From Zygophlyctis sp. KS116 (Eukaryota > Fungi > Chytridiomycota): a stretch of 31,497 nt of DNA. The DNA is taken from NCBI GenBank assembly GCA_054661495.1, contig BAAFSQ010000103.1:1-31497 (forward strand). Direction: 5' to 3'. A program made the position numbers and the translations under genes. Below are positions 1 through 11,879 of the stretch, one piece after another. The notes below the pieces were generated by a model that searched no databases, had not been told where the DNA came from, and saw only the letters and a program-made list of their open reading frames with translations. Within the stretch, counting starts at the first letter, position 1. Every line of letters starts with the position of its first letter.

Positions 1-73
1 CCCGAGTGGTTAAGGGGAATGACTAGAAATCATTTAGGCTTTGCCTGCGCAGGTTCAAGTCCTGCTGTTGTCG
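1..73 (+). tRNA. tRNA-Ser, anticodon AGA (5' end cut by window edge)
   Basis: D-arm CCGAGTGGTTAAGG; anticodon stem AATGA/TCATT around CT-AGA-AA (AGA at 25-27); long variable arm; T-arm GCAGGTTCAAGTCCTGC; acceptor end TTGTCG, followed by T-runs (Pol III terminator). Confidence 0.95.
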
Positions 74-229
74 TTATATTTTTATTTTTTGAACAGTGAT
101 CTTTTTTACAAATTTCTGTGTAATACGTATCTTGAAAGATGAATCTCATTAATCTCTATAAAAAACCAAAATCTTGAAATCTCTTTAAATTTTAATGTTA
201 ATAAAACCCTAAAGATCAAATAGAAAATA

Positions 230-687
230 ATGTTGTCACCATCTCACGGCTACGTTTTATCTGTTGCTATTTTATCAGTTATTTTCCTAACTTTTCTTGC
301 TGTTAAAGTAGGAGGACAAAGAAGTAAATCCAAAGTCCCTTATCCATATAGTAAGTTTATAAATTCTAATAAAAAGTGTATGCTGAAAAATCTGAATGTG
401 AGACTGATCCTCAAAAAAAACTATTCAATTGTTATCAGAGAGCTCATCAAAACACTTTGGAAAATTATCCTAGATTTATTATATTATTAGGAATTTCCAG
501 TATAAATTATCCAAATTTATCCGCCCTTGGCGGCCTTGTTTGGATTATTGGAAAATATTTCTATGCAACTGGCTATTACACTGGAAACCCTTCTCTTCGA
601 AATCGCGGATCATTTTCCTATATTGGACTTTTATTAATGCTTGGATGTTCAATCATGACCTGTTATGAGATTATTTCCCAGTACTAA
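230..687 (+). CDS. MAPEG family protein, microsomal glutathione S-transferase 3-like (143 aa, 2 exons)
   Basis: Removing a 26-nt intron (351-376, GTAAGT..AAG) joins the two ORFs into VPYPYMYAE..FNCYQRAHQNTLENYP..GYYTGNP, the MGST3-type motifs. Confidence 0.92.
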
Positions 688-779
688 GTAAATTTTTTTT
701 TAATTTTTTTAATTTTTTTTTAATTTTAAATCTAGTGAGAAATCTATTGTATCTAGTGATTTATAAAGGCTCGAAAGCA

Positions 780-916
780 AAACCTAGAAAATTAAACCTA
801 AAAAGCAAAACCTAAAAAGCAAAACCTAGAAAATGAAATTAAACCTAAAAAACAAAACCTAAAATGAAATGAAATCAAATTAAAACCTAAAGCTCTAGGC
901 GTGGCTGTAAAACCTA
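780..916 (+). repeat. Cluster of eight AAACCTA motifs upstream of the ribosomal protein gene
   Basis: AAACCTA at about 780, 794, 808, 822, 841, 855, 883 and 910, ending about 16 bp before the ATG at 933. Confidence 0.7.
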
Positions 917-932
917 CTAGTTTTTTTTAAAA

Positions 933-1278
933 ATGGTAAATATCCCAAAGACAAGAAACACTTATTGTGGAGGAAAACAGTGCAGAAAACACACACCCCA
1001 CAAAGTTACTCAGTACAAGACTGGAAAAGCTTCTCTCTTTGCTCAAGGTATAAATAATCTTGTAAAATTTAGGAAAACGTCGTTATGATCGCAAACAATC
1101 TGGTTACGGAGGTCAAACTAAACCAGTCTTTCATAAAAAAGCAAAGACTACTAAAAAGGTTGTGCTCAGATTAGAATGCTCAGTATGCAAACATAAACAT
1201 CAATTGTCTCTAAAGAGATGTAAACACTTTGAATTGGGTGGTGAAAAGAAGACTAAAGGTGCTGCTCTTAATTTTTAA
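933..1278 (+). CDS. RPL42: 60S ribosomal protein eL42 (L44/L36a), 106 aa, 2 exons
   Basis: [20 protein letters not shown]|[45 protein letters not shown]; 25-nt intron at 1048-1072. Absent from the ORF track. Confidence 0.98.
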
Positions 1279-1292
1279 ATTGAAATACAATT

Positions 1293-2204
1293 TTAAAGTG
1301 ATATAGATTTTGTTTTTATCCATTGATTATGGATTTCTAGTAATTTAGAAACTATAATAGATTCAATTTCTATTCCAGACTTGCACATTTCTGGATCAAG
1401 TGCGATTTTTAGAGTACTAGATTCAGTTATAAAATCTACTCTAAATTTACGCGAATCTAGTACATTTCCAATCACTAATTGATGTCCATATTTTTTTAGA
1501 GATGAAAGAGATTTTATAAGTAGGAGATTTGGATCAGTTTCCAATTTAAATGAAATTATTAATCCTTCTTTTGCCCAATTACTAACAAGAGGTTGAATCA
1601 TTTTAGGAACTTGATCAAATTCTAAAACTAAATTAGAATTATTGGATTGAATCTTGTGAAGAACCATTTTATCATTTGGAATAAAATAATCAGAAACTGC
1701 TGCTGCTAAATAATACATTCCATTAGATCCTAAAACTGACATTAATTGTGTAATTCTTTTTAGTAAAAATAGATAGTCTGTTAAAGTTGTAAAATCAATC
1801 TTTAATAGTCTAGATCTAGTCTCTCTAAATTGATTTACAGACTCTAATAATTTAGGATCTTGATCAATCATCAATCTATTATTTTGTACCTGTAATAAAT
1901 CAAACAATTTACTTGAATGAAATTGTCTAGTCCATGGTTCAAGTGAGAATTGACGATGAAGGAAAATTACAGCATATCCGGCTTTAAGAAAGTATTCAGC
2001 AGATGCAGATCCTCTTGTTCCAGCAGAGAAATTATCTAGAAATCTTACAGTATTTGATTCCAAAGGTACAGTGGTGCCACCAGATGTAATTAGAACGATT
2101 TTAAGGGAAGAATGGTCCGCTATGAATTTTTCTACTTTAGTACTGATTGGCTCTAGATTAAATGGTTCTGGAGTATTTTCAAAATAATCATTTGGATCCA
2201 TCAT
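1293..2204 (-). CDS. CAB2: Phosphopantothenate--cysteine ligase (eukaryotic CoaB/PPCS)
   Basis: ITSGGTTVPLE..TVRFLDNFSAGTRGSASAEYFL, YLAAAVSDY and ISFKLETD motifs; single exon. Confidence 0.95.
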   Translation of the reverse strand: MMDPNDYFENTPEPFNLEPISTKVEKFIADHSSLKIVLITSGGTTVPLESNTVRFLDNFSAGTRGSASAEYFLKAGYAVIFLHRQFSLEPWTRQFHSSKLFDLLQVQNNRLMIDQDPKLLESVNQFRETRSRLLKIDFTTLTDYLFLLKRITQLMSVLGSNGMYYLAAAVSDYFIPNDKMVLHKIQSNNSNLVLEFDQVPKMIQPLVSNWAKEGLIISFKLETDPNLLLIKSLSSLKKYGHQLVIGNVLDSRKFRVDFITESSTLKIALDPEMCKSGIEIESIIVSKLLEIHNQWIKTKSISL

Positions 2205-2257
2205 TAGTCAATTCTTGCAAGGAAGCCACATTGGTCAAGGACAAGAAAAAATTATAA

Positions 2258-4942
2258 ATGGTTGGAATCATTAGATCTGACCGCCATCATACATCCGATA
2301 GGAATGCATTCTCTAATCTTGAGTTCCCAAGTCAAGAGACTTTACCAGAGTTGCTAAAGTTGTTGGAATGCATTAAATTACCAATTGATTGCATCGACTT
2401 TGAAGAGGTGAAGAGTGAAATTGTAAGGATGATGTTGGATTCAATCGATTGCAAAGAATTAATGAATTTTGGAATTATATCTCTAAAAGCATTTATTCAG
2501 GAATGCTGGACAGGTCCTCCGATCAAGGGAATTAATCTTAATTTTCCAAATTTATTGGGTCTTTTAGAGGTTGATGGGGAGCCTGTATACTCACTTACAC
2601 CTTACCCAATACTGTTGATTGTTGCATTGGCAGTTTTTGAAAGTGATGCAGTCTCTGATTTGCCTTTTATTGCTTGGTGGAGACTACGAGCTTATTTTAT
2701 TCATCAGAAAATATTAGAGAATCAAACTGGTTCTTTGTATGATTTAATGATGGCTCAAATTGATCTAATTTCTCTCCCGGAAGTAAATGATTCTAATAGA
2801 CTGATTCATGCAAGATATCATTTAGAATTGGGAATGATTTATCACTATTATAAACTTGATATTCGCTCTAAAGAAGAATTTGTTTTGGCTCAAAAGGTTT
2901 CACAATTTGAATGGTCAGTGACTGGTTATTTGGGGAAAAGAACAAAATTTCAGACTTTTGATGTATCTCAGTTGGCAGTGGTTGCAAAGAGTTTTAATAC
3001 AAACTTGGATGAGGCGCAGCAAATGCCAAATAAGTTGGATTTGAATGATGATACTCTTTTAGAAGGTATCTCCTTTACTGGAGCAAAGGAGACGGATGAA
3101 AAGTTGTTGGTAGGGTCACTTCATGCTATAGATCAGTGTATTTTGTTGGCTTTTTGGTAATTATTTTTATAGCTAAAATTAGTTTAAACATTAAAAACAC
3201 AAATCCAGATGATGGTTTAACTTCAGAAGAAATGTCACCGTTTGTTTCTGTAAGCATTTTTCTTTAAAAATAAGAGAGTACTAGAAAATCCTAATAACTG
3301 GATGATTTATACAATGGCCTTGCTTTTGCGTTCCAGGTTGGAGTCAAATAGATCAAGAACAGTTGAACGTTCGGTTTTACAGTTGCAAGCATTGGTTGAT
3401 CAATTCCCTCTAGAAGAATCTTCTGTATCCGAAAGATTATTATATTTCTTTTGCATTGATATTCCTGCTAAGTGGGATATGGAGGTATGTTTTTTTCTGA
3501 TAAAACTGCAAATAAGATTGGGCATGGATGCATCTGCATTCAAACTGTTTTTTTGTAGGCGTTTTGTCTACTGTCTCAGGTGTCCATTTTTATCTAATAA
3601 TTTGCTACAATATTGCGGAATCATAGTACATCAAAAACCAGGATTATTTATCCATCCTCCTGTTTCTGATGCCTCCAATGACCGCAACATTTTTTTTAAT
3701 TTCTTCTAATCTTTAGAGAGAACTAGGAGAGAAATTTATATCTATTGGTGTTATTAGATCCGCATTAGAGATATTTAAACGACTAGCTTTATGGGAAGAT
3801 GCTGTTTCTTGTTATCAAATGATGGAAGAATATCAAAAAGCAGAAAAATTGGTCTTGCAACTCCTAGAGGAAAATCCCAAATCTCCAAAGTTATATTGTA
3901 TTCTTGGAGATTTGCAGCGAGAACCAAAACATTACGAAACTTCTTGGGCTATTTCTGGTGGCAGATATGCCCGTGCGATGAGATCTTTAGGAGCTTATTA
4001 TTTCAAGAAAGAAAATGTAAATTTATCAAATATATTTTACCATCTAGTATCAAAAAACGATTGAATGCTATCACAGGGCTCTATCTATTAATCCCTTGTT
4101 TGAAAATTCATGGTTTGTGATGGCTTGTGCAGCCATGAAAATTCAAGATTGGGATATAGCGGTGAAGGCTTTGTACAGGGTGACTTCTTTAGACAGCGAG
4201 GTATCAAGTTTTTAACTAAAATTAAAAGAACGCTGAAGCTTGGAACAATCTAGCCACAGTATTTATAAAACAGAAGAAGAAGAAGGAGGCATGGCGTGCT
4301 CTTCGTGAGGCTTTACGATCAAAACACGATGCATCAAATATCTGGGAAAACTACTTATTTGTCTCTATTGATGCTGATGAGATACCAGAAGCAATGCGTG
4401 CAATGGAGATGGTTCTGAACTTGAGAATTGACAGGATTAAAGATAATCGAAAATTGGTCGATATTCCTGTTCTTTCAATCATTGTCGATATTGTTATTAA
4501 AAAATCCAATGAATCAGACGATTTAGAATCCAAAAAACATTTGTGTAAAAGGCTCAACATTTTATTGGACTTGCTCAACTCTAAGCTCTCTCATCCTGAA
4601 ATATTTTTGGAGGCATCACGATTCTATGAGTTTCAAGGCCTTTACCGAAAATCGTTAGAATTTCATCAAAAAGCATACCGCAAGTATTTGCACGACCCCT
4701 ATTTATTGGATAATAAGACCTTATTTCAAGCATTAGCTTCGGTCACTTTGGAATTAGTTGATAAGTACTCACGAATTGGTTCTTTGTTAGAAGTGGATCG
4801 TTTTGGTGTAGAGACAATAGTTTGCCATGATTGGAAGTACCAGTGTAAGTCCACATTAAAAACAGTGATTGGTCGAACAAAATCTGTATTTGAAAATGAA
4901 GAACTTCACCAAAAACTGGTCAATTATAATAATTTTGATTGA
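2258..4942 (+). CDS. EMW1: TPR protein EMW1/TTC27-like (6 exons)
   Basis: GYLGKRTKFQTFDVSQL, NWMIYTMALLLRSRLE..RTVERSVLQLQALVDQ and TPR repeats. Introns 3157-3182, 3250-3274, 3485-3716, 4017-4047 and 4201-4228 restore one frame. Confidence 0.9.
3508..3692 (+). ncRNA. Candidate intronic box H/ACA snoRNA
   Basis: Lies inside the only long intron. Hairpin 1 (GCAAAT 3508/ATTTGC 3600; ATGGATGCATCTG/CAGGTGTCCAT), H box ACAATA 3607-3612, hairpin 2 (TGCGG/CCGCA; CATCA/TGATG), then ACA 3687-3689 plus TTT. Confidence 0.8.
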
Positions 4943-4982
4943 TATTTTTTATTCGAATAATTTGCTTTTTTAACTTGGAATT

Positions 4983-7900
4983 TTACTGACGCCAGAGGAT
5001 ATCTATTTTCTGATCCAAACCCATATATCCATCACTGATAATGTGAACAGTATATTTGTATATACCAGGCTCAGCTGGAGTAATGATTCTAAACATGCAA
5101 AACATATTCCCGGATTTAGTTGATGGTGACAATCTTTTGAGCTCTAGCGCTTGATCATCCTTTCCAAACAGCACCCACCATCCTTCATTAATGAGTTTTG
5201 TTGATTTAGGTGCGTAAATATTGCCCGAACGTTTGGAGAGTTTGTTCTTGAAAACAAGTGATATCTCGTATTTTTGACCTCCATCCAACAGCCAAAATCC
5301 ATCTTTTTTCTTGCTATTATTTATACTTAAATCTATTTCGTATCTAGGAATATTGCGTATCATTCTGGTAATATCCATTTTGATAGTACCAGAAACGCCA
5401 GCTACATTCGAGAAAATAGCGTCGATATCCGAATTTGAGTATTCACATAGTTCCTTTAAGTCTTTTATCAGTATTCGATTAAATTTAATTTCAGACACTA
5501 AATCCGATGTTAAATGGGGTAAACAAGTAAGACTGGAATCAGTCGGCATCCGAGCCTGCCTAATGCATTGAACCAGCTTCATTACACCGATAGCAGTATT
5601 TAAGTATCTTTGAACAATGCAAACATCAATCATTGCTTGCAAAATTCTTATTGCTTGATCCAGAACCGAGTTAGTATCAGTAATATAGTCGGAACAGGGA
5701 AGATTTTCCAATTGAACTAGATGCGCCTGTAACAACAAAAATGTTTTACAATGCGGACTTTCATAATCTACTACCAATGGATAAAACTGTCGGACTTGAG
5801 AGGTGAAGCTGGAGATTGGATGGTGATCCAGAGGCACAGGTAAATTCTTATCCATTACGCGGTTCATTTGATCTTCGTTGTGTCGAACCGGCAATTCTGA
5901 ATACTCCAAAGAATTGCTCAGGATTCTAAGAAGCTCCATAAAATCGACTGCTTCATTATAGCTTGATACTAAACATTTTTTTAGCATCTTGACAGTTCTG
6001 TGCTGTAAATAATAATATGAAGCGATCCTCCCAAATTCTGTTGATACGATCTTATCATTTTCATCTTTTGTAATACAATCACTATTCAGCAAATCACCTA
6101 AAGCATGATCAATCAGGCCTTTTAAAAACTCCGATAAAACTGCATCTGAAGCATCAATAGCTCCGTAGTACGTAGGATTCTTAAAAATTAAATAACAAAA
6201 CTAACCATAACAAGCCTTCTATGTAAATAAGTACAAGTTAAGAACTTCAGAATATCATCATAATCAGTGATCGTCCCTGCAACAATTTCAGCATTTAGAT
6301 GGTCTTGAAGACACTTATGAAGAGAACTTTCTACTGGAAAAGGTTCGTGAAGAAACTTTTTGTAGAAATCTTTCTTTTTATCTAATACAAAAATCTTAGC
6401 GACCCCCTTATCTGAATATTGTATTCGCCCTGCACGCCCCATCATCTGGAGGACATCAGTGATGGGATAATCCACATAACCCTTTTTCTTTGCATCAAAA
6501 AACTCTGTCCCCTTCACAATGACCAGATGGGCAGGAAAATTGACTCCCCAGGCAAGAGTAGCTTATGTTAATCTAAAGAATGACTTACATGTTGCAACAA
6601 GAATCTGGATTTTTCCGTTAGTAAAGAGATCTTCGACTATCTGCCTATCTTTTTCCACCAAGCCTGCATGATGTAATCCTATTCCAAATGCTAAAGAATG
6701 CTTTAAAGCTACATCTTTTATTTGCTGTGAAATAATTTCTACTTCTTCCTCTTTTAGTTGTATGAAACGCCGAGGATTATCATCGTTGGCACACAAAGAA
6801 ATTAAATCTTGCGCAGTAAGACGGGTTTGTCTCCTAGAACTGACAAAAATAATAACAGGTTTATCAGGAGAATGTGTCATGATAGCCTTGTATGCAGGCT
6901 TGTTCATCGACATCATACGTGGGCAATCTTAAGTTAAAGTAAAAATCATGTACAGTGTTTCCCCGAAAATCCGTCAATGTATATTTCGAGTGGAACCGGT
7001 CTAACGTTATGACGAAAATTAAATAGTCCGATGTGTTTTATCTGTAACCAATCTGCTAGATCAATTGCATTTGCCAAAGCTGTGCTTAGACCAACAATAC
7101 GAATAGATGAACCTGTTTGTGATGCAATGTAATTCATCCGAGTCACGATAACTTCGAGTATGGGTCCACGCTCATTTCCCAGCAAATGGATCTCATCAAT
7201 AATCACAAGAGAAACTTTTTTGACATATTTGCGTGATTTCCAAGATCTTGAAACTCCATCCCATTTTTCAGGTGTAGTAATTATAATGTCCGATGATTCA
7301 ATCGTTGCTAAATCTGGGGTGAAATCACCTGTCAATTCGACCAAATTACGTCCCAAAGGAGTTGAAATTCTCTTTCGCCAATCTTTCACTCGCTCTTTAA
7401 CTAGCGCCTTTAAAGGCGCAATATATACTACTTTTGATTCAGGATAATCTCGGAATGCCGCCCAAAGTGCCAATTCAGCAGCGACAGTCTTACCAGAGCC
7501 AGTTGGAGCCCCGATCAATGCATTACGAGGGGTATAATATAATGTGTGGAATATTTGGGTTTGGACAGGGTTAAAGTATCTGAATCTTTTTTGGCAAATC
7601 TCCTCTAAAATTGGATTATTCAGCGCACTGATAGGAAGCGGATTTAAATCTAGGAGATCAGTAAATGTTGAGTGATGCATTGCAGGCAAGATCAAATGCT
7701 TAAATGAGACTGGGATGATAGATTCTGACCCCACCCAGCGATCCGAAATAGCACGAATGAAGATTTGAGGAGGTAATTCATCCGTGGTTGACATAACTTT
7801 CGGAATCGGAATTGTGAAATCGATATCCGGAATCGAGAATCTTTGTTTTTTATGGATCAAAATACTATCTGAGTAAAGTATTTCAATATTTTCACCGTCT

Positions 7901-10900
7901 TCTACCCAAATATGAAAAGGCTCCACCATTCCATTTATTTTATCGTTCCAAACAAAATCTAAACTTCAAACGAATCAAAAAGTACCTATTTTCAAAGAAA
8001 GTTGTATTTTTAGGACAGTTCTGGTGATAGGTGATACGTTTGCTTCCAGTGACAGGAGAGGAAATGAGTGTAGGCACCTATTCACAAGAGATCCCATTTT
8101 TTTATTTCGAATGAGTTCACCGATTTCAAGCTCTGATATATCCTTAAGGCTTTCAACTGATGATTGAGGCAATTTTTCCAGTTTATTGAGGATTTCATGT
8201 GGAAGATCAAACTGTCGAAGTGGAGTCTCAAATGACCACATTTTCCTATCAACTCCCTTAGAAAGGGTCAAAATTACAGACGCAGTAGGTCCCCAAGATC
8301 TACTTAGTGCGATCTGAAACAATGCTCGAAGGATACGAGAAGAATTTTGAGATACATAAGCAGTGTCTGAAATTAGAGCAAAATCATCTACATATGATCG
8401 TGATATGTAAGATTGCAAAAGAACATTGGCTTTCCCTGAAAAAGAATCAAGTGTATCTACATCACAAGCACATGATGTTTTTTCCAATTTTTTAAGTTCA
8501 GTAAATTCTTCATCACGTACTTTGAGGTTCTCAAACTCTGAACTTAAAGTGAGCATTTTAAGCACATCGGCCTCTGTCATTCTTGGCTTCATATAACTAT
8601 TAAAAGTTTCGATGCTTTTTGTACTGATATAGAATGAGCTGGCTATTCTTCCGAGATCTTTAGGCGTTAAAAATCCTGTCTTTGAATCAAAAACAACCAT
8701 CTGCGCATTGTGGAGTTTACGAGCAGCTATCGAAATAATACTTTGTCGATGATGGATTAGCTGAGGATCCTCTGCAACTTCCTTCCATCCTATCCCATAC
8801 CGAAATGGATTCTTATGAATGCGAACAAAAAAGTAGGTGTATGATAACCATCGAATGGCTTCATCAACATTTGTTACTGTTCCAAGAGATACTTCAGCAT
8901 TTAAATTATCCTCCAAGTTTTCAACAAACCTAGATTCAATAGGGACTCTTTGAGTTATTGTTGTGATATAGTGTGATAGCTTATCATGAGACGTGAGGAT
9001 ATATCCAACTCCTTTATCTTCAAACTGAGGACGCCCAGCTCGCCCAAATATTTGTAGTACATCCAAGATTGAAAGATCAACGAAACCACCTTTGGTAGCG
9101 TCATATATCGTCGTTCCTTTGATAATTACGGCATATGCAGGAAGATTGACACCCCAAGCTAGTGTTGCAGTACAACACAATACTTTAATAGCACCGAGCT
9201 CAAAAAGGCGCTCTGTAAGTTGCCTATCCGATCTTGTCATACCTTGTAATAAACATATAGAATGAAATACCTGCATGATGGATTCCCATTCCATACTCAA
9301 AAAGATCCTTTAGTTCTTTATTTCGTGATTTTTGTACTTCCTTTAGATAAAGCCCATATTTTGGGTCGTCTTTAATTGACAGCTCACTAATATTCCCTCT
9401 ATTTAAAGCTTCTTGACGTAGATCTTGGGATGTTTTAACTGTATCCTTTCGTGAATGAACAAATATCATCGCTTGACGATTATCCTTTCTCAAAGATATA
9501 ATTTGTTCGAAGCATATTTCATTCAATTTAGTTCTATAGCTGATAGATCCTGCTTTCGCTTTAACACCAATAAAATTTTGCTCAAGAGGTATCGGGCGAT
9601 ATGATGAATCGAAGAAGAACAAACCCTGAAAAGGATTAACTCCCAAGAAAGAAGCTACATCAAGATAATTTGGCAAAGTAGCAGATAGACCTACAATTCG
9701 AATCATCGTCTGGCTAGACTCAACATATCGTTGAGTCCTAGCAACAATAGTCTCTATCACGGATCCACGATCTTCGTTTAACAAATGAACTTCATCAATA
9801 ATCAAAAGCCTTATCTTTTGCATAAGTTCAGTATCACCAATGCTTTTTCTTCCTACAATATCAAACTTTTCAGGTGTTAAAACCAGCATTTGAGATTCAA
9901 TGATTTCAGCCTTGGTAAGCTGCATGTCACCAGTGAGCTCCTTCACTGTAAGATTAAAACATTTGAGTCGTTTGGAAAACTTGCGAGTAATTTCAGCTGC
10001 AAGGGCTTTCATTGGAGCAATGTAAACAATCTTAAAATCGGATTTTGAAATACGTCCCGATTCGTCTGTGTGTTGATGGATACATCTTAAAATACTAAGC
10101 ATGGCAATATCAGTTTTCCCTGCACCAGTAGGCGCACATACCAAAATATTTTCAGTTGTTTCAAAAACAGTTGGATATACAATTGATTGTACCGGATTAA
10201 GCGAGTCATATCCTTCAAATCCTTTTTGCACAAATGGATGTAATGATGTAATGGGAAGTCTTTTCCGATCAGATCGCCATGTAGAAACCACCGGAATAGA
10301 TATTTTTTCGAAATCCTAAAATTTAACGGCTTAAACTACCTTTTCGTCTACTCTAACAGCACGGGCTGGTAACTTATATCTTGAACCAAAAGCTGATAGC
10401 AACGCACCACCCGCAGAATCATCATATACATGGGGGTACTTGATAGCTTTAGGAATACCAGAGTTTAAGGTTGAAGCTAAAGAATTTTCTTCTAATTGCT
10501 CTTCACGCGCATTTTTCAAATATTCTCCATCAAATTCAAACAGGGAAGAAAATGGCAAATCTTTGTCTTTATCCTTTTTAGCAATTTTTTTTCGTTCTTT
10601 TCGTGCTATCCTTGATGCATCCTTTGCTGATTGAGATAAAACTGTTACTTGTGCTCCATATGAAGGAATACTTTTTTCGATTTCTTCAGTAGAAGCATTT
10701 AATCCCACACTTTGAGATTGTTTAAGATTTGACGCCTATAATTAAGTTTCCTTTAACTTTTACTTCTGTTGTGATAGTTTGTACAATCTCATCTTTATTC
10801 GCCATTAATTCAGTTATAAAATCCAAATCAGAGAATCCGAGTAGATCTACTAATTTATCTTGCAGATCTATTTTTAAAATCACTTGTATAATATACCTTG

Positions 10901-11284
10901 ATTTCCAGCGATAAGAAACTCTAAAATCGCAAGGGATGACTGCCTGTAATCTAAGCCTCCTGAATCCCCCAAGAAGTCTGCGATATGCCGTTTAACTTTA
11001 TGCATTAACCAATGATGATCATAAACAATTGACTGATCTTTACTCTCTGAAAAGTCTCTTGTTATTTCCTGAGCAATCGGATATAGAAATTCATCAAAAT
11101 GATCCTCCGCCTCATTCAAATCCAACCATTTAAGATCTTTAGATGGATTTTTGGCCTCTGAAATGTTATCAGATTCATCAAATTGTATTAATTTTCTGTC
11201 ATAGTTGATTATATAGTCTTTGAATGCAACCATTGATGAATCTTTACTTGTGGCCAAGGTCAATGTCTGCACACGATCAAACAT
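4983..11284 (-). CDS. SLH1: Ski2-like tandem-cassette RNA/DNA helicase Slh1/ASCC3 (9 exons; start codon uncertain)
   Basis: Two DExH cassettes ([12 protein letters not shown]; [12 protein letters not shown]), each followed by a Sec63 domain, plus a PWI-like N-terminal segment ([16 protein letters not shown]). Introns at 10868-10896, 10736-10763, 10316-10339, 9243-9270, 7959-7985, 6928-6953, 6562-6588 and 6180-6205. [11 protein letters not shown] and [11 protein letters not shown] favour Slh1 over Brr2. Confidence 0.9.
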
Positions 11285-11469
11285 GGCAGGAAACAGCTCA
11301 ACGTTGAACGCTAAAGTAGATCTACACCGTATAGAAATTTCCTATGAATCTCAAAAACATTATAATTTCAATCAATTGAATGGCATATTAGTTTTTAGTA
11401 AATCATTTTATATTGCTCATTATAAGGATAGAGGGAATCTGCGGACCTGATCCGTTACATGATTCGCTG

Positions 11470-11746
11470 GCGCTTTACTTATTTCCACGACTTTCTGCCT
11501 GGCTTCTTGCATGCCTGTTTACCTTGCTACTCAAGTTTCTCAGCATACTTTTCTATTTGAGAAGCAATCTGTTTGACTACATGATTTTCATAACGTACTG
11601 TGTTCAGCCTTTCCAGTCAATGGAACTGCATTAGTAGATAGATTGCTAAATATCAGAGATTAAGAGATCAAGTTTCATATTTTTCTAAATACGTTGCTGT
11701 CCCACCAGAATGAATTATAAGTTAAGCAGGTGCTGTCCCACCCATG
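11470..11746 (-). pseudogene. Decayed coding-like relic (repeat copy A)
   Basis: Minus frame reads EKYET*SLNL*YLAIYLLMQFH*LERLNTVRYENHVVKQIASQIEKYAEKLE*QGKQACKKPGRKSWK*. Part of it (11645-11746) aligns with 13960-14022. It has an internal 12-bp duplication TGCTGTCCCACC (11695, 11731). Confidence 0.45.
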
Positions 11747-11879
11747 CATCATACTATCGACATCATTGCCTAAAAAGATTGTGATTGTACTGCCTCACCC
11801 ATAGTTAATCTTTTATATAATATGTTATAGCACTAGACATTGTTAGAGTTAGGCCATTGTGTTTGGGATCAAGTTGTCA

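Noticed and set aside
691-727. (TAATTTTTTT)n tract after the MAPEG gene
   Set aside because: Low-complexity AT sequence, probably a 3'-end or nucleosome-excluding tract; nothing specific.
2225-2230. GCCACA as a shared promoter motif (also near 900, 16894, 17732, 21540)
   Set aside because: It is short, two hits come from the duplication and one is inside FES1 coding sequence, so support is insufficient.
3508-3692. Telomerase RNA or U17/snR30 identity for the intronic RNA
   Set aside because: There is no CCCUAA-type template, and no AUAUUCCUA/AAACCAU (m1/m2) motifs in the 3' hairpin.
3485-3709. C-terminal part of ORF 3302-3709 (VCFFLIK..) as protein
   Set aside because: It is read-through into the 232-nt intron; the conserved protein resumes at 3717 (RELGEKF).
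4983-11284. SLH1 (and likewise separase) as frameshifted pseudogenes, programmed frameshifts or a recoded genetic code
   Set aside because: Every break is resolved by a GT-AG micro-intron under the standard code.
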